In this document: positions 35,963-45,229 of the stretch, piece by piece
How positions within the stretch are numbered: the stretch's first letter is position 1
How the letters are laid out: every line of letters starts with the position of its first letter
Origin: a virus
Lineage: Duplodnaviria; Heunggongvirae; Uroviricota; Caudoviricetes
Direction: 5' to 3' (one strand)
Virus record (IMG/VR): IMGVR_UViG_3300028832_000003
Location: 1 to 64,000 of that record
Length of the DNA stretch: 64,000 nucleotides
Notes under the pieces: model-generated
Told to the model about the DNA's origin: nothing
Seen by the model: the letters and a program-made list of their open reading frames with translations, nothing else
Database searches by the model: none
Program-made: the position numbers and the translations under genes

Positions 35963-36309
35963 CAGTAGAGCAGATTCAAGAAATTGTGCAAATGGCTATG
36001 GAGAATGGTTATGATTTCAATATTGAGATTAAAGGCGATAACACCAACATCAGTGTAAAGAAGTCACAAAACCAAATTACTTATATTCCTCAGACACAGG
36101 ATGTTAGGGATATTAAAATCACATATCCAGACACTAGGTATCCATGGGATAATGTTTGGTACTATGGAGATCCATACTATGGCTATCCGAAATGGTATTA
36201 CGACAGCGTAACTTGCGGGCCAAACAATGCGACGCAATGGATTAAGACAGATACCACAACTGGGAAGTCTGAACCATTAAAGAATGAGGTAAAGCATAAT
36301 GACTATTAG
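35959..36309 (+). CDS. hypothetical protein
   Basis: AGGAGAAAAAAGATG start in frame with track ORF 35929..36309. Confidence 0.5.
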   Translation: MTVEQIQEIVQMAMENGYDFNIEIKGDNTNISVKKSQNQITYIPQTQDVRDIKITYPDTRYPWDNVWYYGDPYYGYPKWYYDSVTCGPNNATQWIKTDTTTGKSEPLKNEVKHNDY

Positions 36310-36703
36310 AACTTTTAAGTGTGATCCAGACAAAAAGAAAACCACGCTTAATGCATGGAAGTATAAAGGTATCCGTAACGAGATGTCTTCCGTTGATAGT
36401 CTCGGTAAAGAGGTCACTCGCTACATTTTGAAGAGTTTATATGGCAGACCAATGTGGTACACTGGTGACTGCGAAGTAGTTGTGTCTGCACAGTGTGCAG
36501 ATGGTGACGAGTATGATGAAAAGGTTGGTAAGGAGATTTGCAATGTTAGGGCTGATCTCAAGTACCACAAAATGATGTATAATCGTTACCTTAGTGTTGT
36601 ATGGACATTGAGTATGCTCAAGTTTAAGCTTGAGAAACTGATGAACATGCATCAGGAGAAAATCGAAAGATTGGAAAAGGACTTAGATCAATATGTAAAG
36701 TGA
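36299..36703 (+). CDS. hypothetical protein
   Basis: ORF track. Confidence 0.5.
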   Translation: MTIRTFKCDPDKKKTTLNAWKYKGIRNEMSSVDSLGKEVTRYILKSLYGRPMWYTGDCEVVVSAQCADGDEYDEKVGKEICNVRADLKYHKMMYNRYLSVVWTLSMLKFKLEKLMNMHQEKIERLEKDLDQYVK

Positions 36704-36714
36704 GAGTGATTGTC

Positions 36715-38895
36715 ATGAAAGTAGTCAAGAAAGACGGTACTATCGAAGATTACAAAGAGCAGAAAATTATAGATGCATGTAACAAAGCCGCAAGAAGAGC
36801 AATGATTACATTAACAGATGCAGATTATATTACAATTCTCAATGATGTTTGGCAAACAATCGAAGAGAATTATGATGAAGACGGTGAAATTGAAGTCTAT
36901 GACATGCATAATATTGTTGAATCCGTATTGGAAGAGGATTATCCCACAATAGCAAAAATGTATAAAGAATATAGGAACTATAAAAAAGACTTTATACACA
37001 TGATGGACAAGGTTTATGAACAAAGCCAGTCAATCAGATACATTGGAGATAAAAATAATGCCAATACGGATTCTGCTTTGGTAGCTACCAAAAGAAGCTT
37101 AATCTACAATGCCCTTAGTGCTGAGTTATATAAAAAGTTTTTTATGACATTGGATGAGATTCAGGCGGCTAAGGACGGATACATTTATGTACATGACAGA
37201 AGCGCAAGACTAGATACTATGAATTGTTGCCTAAGCAGAGTCGGATATATTCTTAAAGGCGGTTTTGAAATGGGCAACATTTGGTACAATGAACCAAAAA
37301 CATTGGATGTTGCATTTGATGTTATTGGAGATATTGTATTAGCTACTGCAGCGCAGCAGTATGGAGGCTATACCATCCCGGAAATCGATAAAATCCTAAG
37401 TTATTATGCAGAAAAATCATATAAAATATATTACGACGAGTATATTGAAAATGCATCTGACGTCTATGGAACATTATATGGTGATTGGAATAGTAACGAA
37501 AAAGAACTTAATCAGTTGGCAGATAAATATGCAATCAAAAAACTCCAACGTGATTTTGAACAAGGATGGCAAGGACTAGAATATAAATTAAATTCCGTAG
37601 GGTCTTCTCGTGGTGATTATCCATTTGTCACGGTTACGATAGGACTCGCAACTGATAGATTTGGAAAGATGGCCGCAATTACTTTGCTTCAAGTGCATAG
37701 TGGCGGTCAGGGTAAAAAAGGATTTAAAAGACCTGTTTTGTTCCCTAAGATTGTTTTCTTGTATGACAAAAATTTACATGGAGACGGATCGGATAAATAT
37801 CCTAGTGCAGACGTATTTAATGCAGGATTGGATTGCTCATCAAAAACAATGTATCCTGACTGGTTAAGTCTTACTGGAGAAGGATATGTCCCTGAAATGT
37901 ACAAGAAGTATGGAAGAGTCATATCTCCCATGGGATGTCGCGCCTTCCTTTCACCTTGGTATGAAAGAGGTGGTATGCATCCTGCGGATGATGACGACAA
38001 ACCAGTATTTGAAGGAAGATTTAATATGGGCGTTGTGTCACTTAACCTTCCTATGATACTTGCAAAAGCAAGACAGGAGAATAGGGATTTTTACGAAGTT
38101 CTTGATTATTATCTTGAACTTATTAGAAAACTTCAATTGAGAACAATTGATTATATTGGTGAATTAAAAGCATCAGTTAATCCAGTAATGTTCTGTGAAG
38201 GTGGTTTTTATGGCGGTAATTTACAACCAAACGAAAAGGTAAAAAAGATATTAAAACCGATGACAATTAGTTATGGCATTACTGCATTAAACGAATTGCA
38301 AGAATTATATAATGGCAAATCAATTCGTGAAGACGGTGAATTTGCTCTCGAAGTAATGCAATACATTCAAAAATATGTTGACAGAATAAAAGAAGAAGAC
38401 CAAGTTTTATGGGCAATTTACGGCACTCCAGCAGAATCGCTTTGCGGATTACAAGTGGAACAGTTCAGAAAGCTTTATGGAATTATTGAAAATGTATCTG
38501 ACAGACCATATGTTAGCAATAGTTTTCACTGCCATGTGACAGAAAAAATTTCTCCTATTGAGAAACAAGATAAAGAAGAAAGGTTTTGGAATTATTTTAA
38601 TGGCGGTAAAATCCAATATTGCAGATATAATCTTGGATATAATGTCGAAGCAATTAAAACACTTGTATTAAGGGCTATGGAGAAAGGTTTTTATGAAGGA
38701 GTGAACCTTGCCATGTGTTACTGCGAAGATTGCGGATATCAACAAATAGAGATGACAGTATGTCCTAAATGTGGAAGTACAAAACTTACAAAGATTGACC
38801 GCATGAATGGTTATCTTGGTTTTACGAGAGTACATGGTGAAACAAGATATAATCCGGCAAAGAATGCAGAGATTGCAGAAAGGGTGTCTATGTAA
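36715..38895 (+). CDS. nrdD: anaerobic ribonucleoside-triphosphate reductase (class III RNR)
   Basis: N-terminal ATP-cone VVKKDGTIEDYKEQKII; C-terminal Zn ribbon CEDCGY...CPKCGS; glycyl-radical motif RMNGYLG (cf. RVCGYLG); 726 aa. Confidence 0.8.
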   Translation: MKVVKKDGTIEDYKEQKIIDACNKAARRAMITLTDADYITILNDVWQTIEENYDEDGEIEVYDMHNIVESVLEEDYPTIAKMYKEYRNYKKDFIHMMDKVYEQSQSIRYIGDKNNANTDSALVATKRSLIYNALSAELYKKFFMTLDEIQAAKDGYIYVHDRSARLDTMNCCLSRVGYILKGGFEMGNIWYNEPKTLDVAFDVIGDIVLATAAQQYGGYTIPEIDKILSYYAEKSYKIYYDEYIENASDVYGTLYGDWNSNEKELNQLADKYAIKKLQRDFEQGWQGLEYKLNSVGSSRGDYPFVTVTIGLATDRFGKMAAITLLQVHSGGQGKKGFKRPVLFPKIVFLYDKNLHGDGSDKYPSADVFNAGLDCSSKTMYPDWLSLTGEGYVPEMYKKYGRVISPMGCRAFLSPWYERGGMHPADDDDKPVFEGRFNMGVVSLNLPMILAKARQENRDFYEVLDYYLELIRKLQLRTIDYIGELKASVNPVMFCEGGFYGGNLQPNEKVKKILKPMTISYGITALNELQELYNGKSIREDGEFALEVMQYIQKYVDRIKEEDQVLWAIYGTPAESLCGLQVEQFRKLYGIIENVSDRPYVSNSFHCHVTEKISPIEKQDKEERFWNYFNGGKIQYCRYNLGYNVEAIKTLVLRAMEKGFYEGVNLAMCYCEDCGYQQIEMTVCPKCGSTKLTKIDRMNGYLGFTRVHGETRYNPAKNAEIAERVSM

Positions 38896-39194
38896 TGAAA
38901 GCACAATCAAATTGGAATTTCAGCCGTGAACTGTCAGATCGTGAAAACCAAATATATCTTCACTCATTTCCTATTATCCGTGACAAAAATAACGGCAGAA
39001 TTACAATAATGGGAGAATTTATATACAACGAGTCTACCAAAACAATCCGTACCAATGTTTATGATGTTGGAACTGGTAGCATGTATGCTCCTTATTATGA
39101 CAGAGGATATGGTGATTTTAGCATCATTGTTAATCGATGTATTGATGCTATCAACAAAGAAATGAAAAGGTTGGGTATTAAAAAATGTCAATGA
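38895..39194 (+). CDS. hypothetical protein
   Basis: ORF track; ATGA overlap with nrdD. Confidence 0.45.
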   Translation: MKAQSNWNFSRELSDRENQIYLHSFPIIRDKNNGRITIMGEFIYNESTKTIRTNVYDVGTGSMYAPYYDRGYGDFSIIVNRCIDAINKEMKRLGIKKCQ

Positions 39195-39370
39195 TTATTA
39201 CTTCAGAATGCGAAGAATGCGTTTACGGTGAATGTTTTATGGTTGGCAAAATAGAAAAGGTTCGTTGCTCTTATAAAGAGAGGGAATACTATTACGGTCA
39301 ATGCATTCCATGTGAGCATAAACAAAAGAAAAGGAAGGATATTGAAGATGAACCAAATGGCGAACTTTGA
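39185..39370 (+). CDS. hypothetical Cys-rich small protein
   Basis: SECEECVYGEC...C...C..CEH; ORF track. Confidence 0.4.
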   Translation: MSMIITSECEECVYGECFMVGKIEKVRCSYKEREYYYGQCIPCEHKQKKRKDIEDEPNGEL

Positions 39371-39902
39371 GAAGGTTAGTTTTGAACAGTATTTAAATGA
39401 TTTTAAAAAATTGTTTCCTGAAATTGATATATCATCTCAGAATGTGTTAAATCAAATAAAAAACGAATATTCAAATATTAAATTACCAAAGAGAGCAACC
39501 GCACAGAGTGCTGGATACGATTTTTATAGTCCGATAAACTTTGATTTATACAGATGCGACCACGAATATGAATTAAGAGGAAATAAAGGTGTTGAAATCA
39601 CAATTCCAACCGGGATAAGATGTCGCATGAATGGAGATTATGTTTTACTTTGTTTTCCAAGAAGTAGTCTTGGCTTCAAATATAAACTTATGTTTGCGAA
39701 TACAATTCCAGTAATCGATGCAGATTATTATTTTGCAAAAAATGAGGGACATATTATACTGAAACTTGTCAACCGTGAAAACAATTTGATAACTATTAAA
39801 GCTGGAGATCGTTTTGCACAAGGTATATTCATTCCTTATGGAATTACCGTAGACGATGATGCCACGGCAGTAAGAACTGGTGGGTTTGGAAGTACAAACT
39901 AA
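39348..39902 (+). CDS. dut: dUTP diphosphatase (trimeric dUTPase)
   Basis: All five motifs are present: SAGYDF, PRSSLG, IDADYYF, GDRFAQ and RTGGFGSTN; AAGGAAGG RBS. Confidence 0.85.
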   Translation: MNQMANFEKVSFEQYLNDFKKLFPEIDISSQNVLNQIKNEYSNIKLPKRATAQSAGYDFYSPINFDLYRCDHEYELRGNKGVEITIPTGIRCRMNGDYVLLCFPRSSLGFKYKLMFANTIPVIDADYYFAKNEGHIILKLVNRENNLITIKAGDRFAQGIFIPYGITVDDDATAVRTGGFGSTN

Positions 39903-39904
39903 AC

Positions 39905-39940
39905 TTGTTTGCACAAGTTGGACAAACAAGTTTTATATAA
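39905..39940 (+). terminator. rho-independent terminator
   Basis: CTTGTTTG-CACAAGTTGGA-CAAACAAG hairpin followed by TTTTAT. Confidence 0.55.
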
Positions 39941-39962
39941 CAAATGTATAAACAAGTTTGAA

Positions 39963-40035
39963 ATTAAAACTGTACCCTATAGGGTATGATTTCATCTAAA
40001 AATGACCAAACTGTACCCTATAGGGTACGATTTTC
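39963..40035. repeat. two direct ~26-bp repeats, each carrying the 16-bp perfect palindrome GTACCCTATAGGGTAC
   Basis: AAACTGTACCCTATAGGGTATGATTTCAT and AAACTGTACCCTATAGGGTACGATTTTCAT, 45 bp apart, between dut and int. Confidence 0.6.
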
Positions 40036-40039
40036 ATGG

Positions 40040-40071
40040 CAGAGTCTAAAATGGCTCTGCCATTTTTTTAC
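40040..40071 (+). terminator. rho-independent terminator
   Basis: GGCAGAG-TCTAAAATGG-CTCTGCC followed by ATTTTTTT. Confidence 0.7.
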
Positions 40072-40106
40072 TTTTGGAGAATTACTTACTGAAAGGTGGT
40101 GATCCC

Positions 40107-41393
40107 ATGGGTGACTTCAACGAAAGCGATGTGTTGCAATACCTAATACAAAGTGGTAAAATAGACTTGCGCAACACACTAGATAGCATGGAGGATGATA
40201 AAAGAAAAGAAAAACTAAAAAAACATAAGTATTCAATCTATCAAGGCAGTGACGGGCGGTGGAGAACAACCATTCCTGATAAAGAAAAGAAACGAAAGCT
40301 CATTGCAAAAAGTAGTAAAAAAGATCTGGAAGACTTTCTTATTGATTATTATGGTGAGGAAGAATCTGAAACAAGAATACCAAAAGACATAACGTTAGAA
40401 GAACTGTATCCGATTTGGATTAAGTCTAGGATACTTGAGTCAACTAACATGAGGACGGTAAAAAAGAACGATCAGGATTGGAAAAAATTCTACCTCGGCA
40501 CTGAGATTACCAAAAAACCTATGGCCAAAATGACTCCAAACCAACTCAAGGACTGGGCGCATGGACTTATTGATGACTACGGATTGAACAAGAGAGAGTA
40601 TTACAACATGGCTCTGATAATCAAGAAGTGTTATGAGTTTTTGGAAGATGAAAACGTTTGTGAAAACATTTGGCGAAAGGTTAGAATTAACACTAAGAAA
40701 TTAAAAAGAATAGTAAAGCCTGACAACTCAACTCAGATATTCTTTTCCGACGAAAAGGACAAGATTATCCGTAAAAGCCTTGAGAGTTTTGCAATGCGAC
40801 CATGGAACATAGGAGTACTTACTCTGCCGTTACTGTTTGTAACTGGAATGAGAATTGGTGAACTCGTTGCTCTTAAATATGAAGACATTGGCGACAATAC
40901 AATTTCAATTAAGAGAGAAGAAGTAAGTGACTACATGTACAACGACGAGACTGGAGCATTTCAGTACATCGGCAAGAAAGTGGAAGAGCATGCAAAGACA
41001 GAAGCTGGAGTAAGAGAAATTCCACTGACTGATGCTGCGAGAAAAATAATCGGATTGGTTAAGGATGCAAGCAGTTACTACGGATACAATGACCACGGAT
41101 ATATTTTCTGTCCCAGAGGAAAAAGACTTACGACAAATTCCGTAGATCAGTTACTGTACAGATACTGTGACGAACTAGGTATTCCAAAGAAATCTGCACA
41201 CAAAATCAGAAAAACTTACATCAGTAAGCTTGTAACTTCCGGGGTTGACCTTGACACGGTATGTAGGGTTGTCGGTCACGTTGACGTTCAGACGACATTC
41301 AATTCTTATCTCTACAGCCTTGATAGAAAAGAAGAAACGTACAAAAAATTTGAAACCATTTTTGATGAGAACAATTCCTTGATTTCAATATGA
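40107..41393 (+). CDS. int: tyrosine site-specific recombinase (integrase)
   Basis: ATG with AAAGGTGG RBS, in frame with track ORF 40074. N-terminal SAM-like and core-binding domains. Catalytic RIGELVAL..., HKIRKTY and ...NSYLYS (R, H-x-x-R, Y). Confidence 0.8.
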   Translation: MGDFNESDVLQYLIQSGKIDLRNTLDSMEDDKRKEKLKKHKYSIYQGSDGRWRTTIPDKEKKRKLIAKSSKKDLEDFLIDYYGEEESETRIPKDITLEELYPIWIKSRILESTNMRTVKKNDQDWKKFYLGTEITKKPMAKMTPNQLKDWAHGLIDDYGLNKREYYNMALIIKKCYEFLEDENVCENIWRKVRINTKKLKRIVKPDNSTQIFFSDEKDKIIRKSLESFAMRPWNIGVLTLPLLFVTGMRIGELVALKYEDIGDNTISIKREEVSDYMYNDETGAFQYIGKKVEEHAKTEAGVREIPLTDAARKIIGLVKDASSYYGYNDHGYIFCPRGKRLTTNSVDQLLYRYCDELGIPKKSAHKIRKTYISKLVTSGVDLDTVCRVVGHVDVQTTFNSYLYSLDRKEETYKKFETIFDENNSLISI

Positions 41394-41702
41394 CGTATAC
41401 ACTTGTATACAACCATCGTAGAAAAACCGCATGAAAAATTGGACTTGTTAGTTTGGTTCAAGTCCCTCTTTCTGCATTTGAAAAAGCCAATAAAATAAGG
41501 AGGTTTCGTGTGTTGCGCACGATGGTGTATACGTAATAGTATACAAATCGCTTTTTGTAGTCAGTGATAAGTATTTTAGTTATAAAGTATTTATCAGTGA
41601 AAAGTTTCTTAAAAATTTTTGGAGCAGATTTTTGTCTGCTCCATTTTTTTGTTTCAAAAAGTAAAAAAAGGGAGTCGAGAAAATCTCGACCCCCAAAAAT
41701 AA

Positions 41703-41915
41703 TCACTCGCCAACCCAGTTCCAAGTACCAGTTGACTTAAGATAGCCTACCTCACCGTCAGCAGTAATAGCCTTGCTACCCCACGGAATAACAAAATCAT
41801 CCGGCAGACCTTCGACAACCATGCCGTCGACAATATCCGTCTTCTCGTCTGCAAACAGGACTACTCCACTGTATGGATAAGCTTCTTTATAAAATTTAAG
41901 AACTCTTACAGCCAT
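41703..41915 (-). CDS. hypothetical protein (start of minus-strand late module)
   Basis: ORF track; RBS GGAGGAATAAATTATG on the minus strand. Confidence 0.5.
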   Translation of the reverse strand: MAVRVLKFYKEAYPYSGVVLFADEKTDIVDGMVVEGLPDDFVIPWGSKAITADGEVGYLKSTGTWNWVGE

Positions 41916-41936
41916 AATTTATTCCTCCTATTACAT

Positions 41937-42179
41937 TTACTCAGCATTAGACTCCGCATTAGGTTCAGGTTCCGGAACATGATAATAATGCTTATTCATA
42001 ATCGGAGTACCTTCCTCGGTGTACATGATAGCTGCATGAAGTGGCAACGTAGATACCGCAGCTGCTGCCAAGATGCTGTAGAACTTAGCCTCTGCCTGAT
42101 TTCTGTCATCGTAGTCATTGGTCAGAGTTGATACAGTCCCGTTTTCAAATTTTTGGATTTCAGTTACTAAGAATTTCAT
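41937..42179 (-). CDS. hypothetical protein
   Basis: ORF track; RBS AAGGAGGAAAAATCATATG on the minus strand. Confidence 0.5.
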   Translation of the reverse strand: MKFLVTEIQKFENGTVSTLTNDYDDRNQAEAKFYSILAAAAVSTLPLHAAIMYTEEGTPIMNKHYYHVPEPEPNAESNAE

Positions 42180-42197
42180 ATGATTTTTCCTCCTTGT

Positions 42198-44612
42198 TTA
42201 TCCGTTATATAAACTAAATGCACCATTTTGATATTTATATATGCGATGGTCTTCATCTAAAGTTAATATGGTTGTAGATATTGCCATTCCTAATCTCATG
42301 TATAATAAATTATCTTCCGAAGTAGGAATTGTTTGAGTCACCGATCCTGCAAAATTAGAAGCCGAAAATGTAAATACTGTTCCAGACAATGTTCCTGTTA
42401 CAAATATAGGAGCATAAGGTGTCATATTCATAAGGGATATACTCAATAATAAACCCGAAATCCTTCTCTTTGTGCGATATATTCCTGGTACATTAGGAGA
42501 AACATCATAATTTTCCGATGTTTCACTAAATAGTATTGGATATAAAATATTTATACATTGGGCTGTAGCGGTTCTACGATACCCTCCTGTTTCATCTGCT
42601 ACAATTAGTACCCCGCTACTATTAGAAGGATCTAATAAATTAACAGAACCATCATATAGACTATATGTGTCTAATGAAGACGATACGAATTGCCAATAAC
42701 TTCCAGTGTATACAAAACAATTTAAACTTAATGGACTGCATAAATTATTTCTTGTTTCATAATATAAATTTGATTGTTGGCTAGTTCCCAAAACTTGTTT
42801 ATATCCAGTGCCACTCACATTTAAATATACTTTTGATGCAGTGTTCCAATAGGTGAATCTAACAAAAATAATTGTTCCTACTCTTAATATAAAAGAATCT
42901 GTTGTAAGTGCTATTGCTGTATCAGGTACAGTTGTTGTATATATATTAACATCTTTATAACTATCATTTCCAGCAGAAAGACAATATCCATAATATGTTG
43001 TATTGCTTTGATATTCAATTAACTTACTACCATTATAAATATACCACTTATTATCCTGATCAAGTACTATACGACAATTTGATGTAGTAGAATCAAAACA
43101 TCTGCCAACATAAATATAAATCTTGCTTGAATCATTCGGTGTTTGTGTCCACCAAGTAGTATCAAGATAAAATAATCCATCGGTTGAATTGATTGTACCA
43201 ACAAGATAAATAGGAGTGTAAGTTGTTAAACTTCCAGCAGTTAAGGTAGTATTAAAAGCATATCTACTATCAAACGCAGTACCATATTGTGATAGTACTT
43301 TTGAAGCATCTGAAATATTTACATTTGGATTATATGATTGATTAATATAAAATATCGTGCTACCAACTTTAAATCCATAAATATTAGCCTTCTTTGTAGT
43401 TGCTGTAGTTCTATTAGAACTAGTAGCAGTTCCGTCAGATGCAGTACAAATACTCATTAATTTATCACTACTATCTAACATGGCAAGACCACCTTGCCAT
43501 ATACCTATATTTGAACTTGTCTTACCAGAATAGTTATTCCAACCAATATTATAAGCATATGTGTTGTCATCACCTGTCTCTCTCAAACCATTAGTATAGG
43601 CATCCATTTGAGAAAGCCCACTATAATTTGTAGAACCAGTACCAGGAACACTTGCATACTTTAATGCAGTATCCCAAGGAGTATAAGTACAACTTATTGT
43701 TTCAAGAATTTCAACAGTAATAGTTCTTGAATTTGCAGATGTAGTTGGATTCCAACCATTATGAATATCAATTCCTAAAAGGTGGCCGTATCCTCCGGTT
43801 ATACCCGCTGAAGTTGCTCTATATAAATTTGTATAATAAATTGTTCTATAACTATTATTTACAACAGTATTGTAGTTATGATAAGTCATCATAGATGATT
43901 GCGTACCAGTAATCCAACAATCAAAATAACCTTTTGCATTATTATTTCCAGCAGCAACAGCAGTTATTTTAAAGTGAATTTTCCAAATATCATAATACCC
44001 GCCAGTAGGCATAATAGTACCAAAGTAAAATGATGCACCAGCCGCATCGTTTGAAGAACCAATTAATCCGGTGTATGTTTTAGTTGACAAAGGTTTGATA
44101 TAGGTTGAATCAATGTCATCTTTGAATGCCAAGTCTTCCAAGCCATGTACTGGTACAGATTGTGCAGAACTACCACTAGGAGTTACAGAGAATGCACCAT
44201 TTGTACTGCCTTCCGCAAATGTATAAGTTGTATTGTTGTCCGTAGGCTTAACCCAAGTACCATCATTCCTAAGATACTTCGTCGTATCAGTACCAATAGC
44301 AATACCGCGTTCAATCTTTCCAGAATTACTTGTATCACTCATCAGTATATAGTCTGTGTTTGCTGGAGTAACTGCGGTAGACGAGATAGTACCGCCATTT
44401 TGTACATTACCATGAGTATGAGATGTTGGGGTTCTACTGTTAGTAAGTCTAGTATCATTACCTAAAACAACCTGGGTTGTAGATGCATCACCAGAGGTCG
44501 GAGTATCATGCCCGCCTACTGATCTAGCATCACCAGTAATATCTCCATTAATTTTATTGGCAAAACGTGCAATCCCAGTTACAATTAAATCTTTTAGCTG
44601 CGCCACGTCCAT
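42198..44612 (-). CDS. tail fibre / receptor-binding protein
   Basis: Conserved fibre N-terminal motif KYLRNDGTWVKP; the rest is a long Thr/Ser/Asn/Tyr/Gly-rich beta-rich sequence; 804 aa. Confidence 0.65.
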   Translation of the reverse strand: MDVAQLKDLIVTGIARFANKINGDITGDARSVGGHDTPTSGDASTTQVVLGNDTRLTNSRTPTSHTHGNVQNGGTISSTAVTPANTDYILMSDTSNSGKIERGIAIGTDTTKYLRNDGTWVKPTDNNTTYTFAEGSTNGAFSVTPSGSSAQSVPVHGLEDLAFKDDIDSTYIKPLSTKTYTGLIGSSNDAAGASFYFGTIMPTGGYYDIWKIHFKITAVAAGNNNAKGYFDCWITGTQSSMMTYHNYNTVVNNSYRTIYYTNLYRATSAGITGGYGHLLGIDIHNGWNPTTSANSRTITVEILETISCTYTPWDTALKYASVPGTGSTNYSGLSQMDAYTNGLRETGDDNTYAYNIGWNNYSGKTSSNIGIWQGGLAMLDSSDKLMSICTASDGTATSSNRTTATTKKANIYGFKVGSTIFYINQSYNPNVNISDASKVLSQYGTAFDSRYAFNTTLTAGSLTTYTPIYLVGTINSTDGLFYLDTTWWTQTPNDSSKIYIYVGRCFDSTTSNCRIVLDQDNKWYIYNGSKLIEYQSNTTYYGYCLSAGNDSYKDVNIYTTTVPDTAIALTTDSFILRVGTIIFVRFTYWNTASKVYLNVSGTGYKQVLGTSQQSNLYYETRNNLCSPLSLNCFVYTGSYWQFVSSSLDTYSLYDGSVNLLDPSNSSGVLIVADETGGYRRTATAQCINILYPILFSETSENYDVSPNVPGIYRTKRRISGLLLSISLMNMTPYAPIFVTGTLSGTVFTFSASNFAGSVTQTIPTSEDNLLYMRLGMAISTTILTLDEDHRIYKYQNGAFSLYNG

Positions 44613-44628
44613 TACCTCCTTTTATATC

Positions 44629-45228
44629 CTATATTTCTATAAATTCTCTTCCAGAAAAATAATCTGCTCCGACATGGGCTTTTGTGTCTGTGGAAGAAGA
44701 ATATTTATCTAAAATAACTTTAATATCTTCTAATGTAATCCTACCAACTCCATTAGAATAATTTGCTCTAATACCAACATGAACTCCTGAATAGGTACTA
44801 ATCCAACCAGTAGTAAGTGAAAAAGTGGTATCATATACAAATGATCCTTTATCTGCTGACAAAACTAAATTCTTTAAATTTTGTGCATTACCTAATGCAG
44901 TAGTTATAGGATTTATGTTTAACCAATCCCATTCAGAAGTTGTGGTATTATATCTATTTCCTTGAAAATAAATATTAAATGTTCCAGCGGTAGAAGATTC
45001 ATCAAATCCAGACCAACTTACTCTTGCTATTACACGAAATACTGTATTCTCATCATAAGTAATATCAGCCTCGTCAAACATCAATGTTGCTATATTATGC
45101 AGACAAGAGTTGTCTGTGTCCGCCGCCGGAACATAAGACCTATTATTAATCATAGAGGTGATTATATCCATGGCATCTGTTTCATCAAATTCATTAGATG
45201 TAATAATTCCACTTTTTGTAATACCCAT
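44629..45228 (-). CDS. tail-fibre-associated hypothetical protein
   Basis: ORF track; tightly packed in the fibre operon. Confidence 0.5.
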   Translation of the reverse strand: MGITKSGIITSNEFDETDAMDIITSMINNRSYVPAADTDNSCLHNIATLMFDEADITYDENTVFRVIARVSWSGFDESSTAGTFNIYFQGNRYNTTTSEWDWLNINPITTALGNAQNLKNLVLSADKGSFVYDTTFSLTTGWISTYSGVHVGIRANYSNGVGRITLEDIKVILDKYSSSTDTKAHVGADYFSGREFIEI

Positions 45229-45229
45229 A

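Noticed and set aside
41458-41724. 88-aa minus-strand ORF between int and the late genes
   Set aside because: It has no RBS and spans terminator and inverted-repeat structures. The region is more plausibly attP or regulatory.
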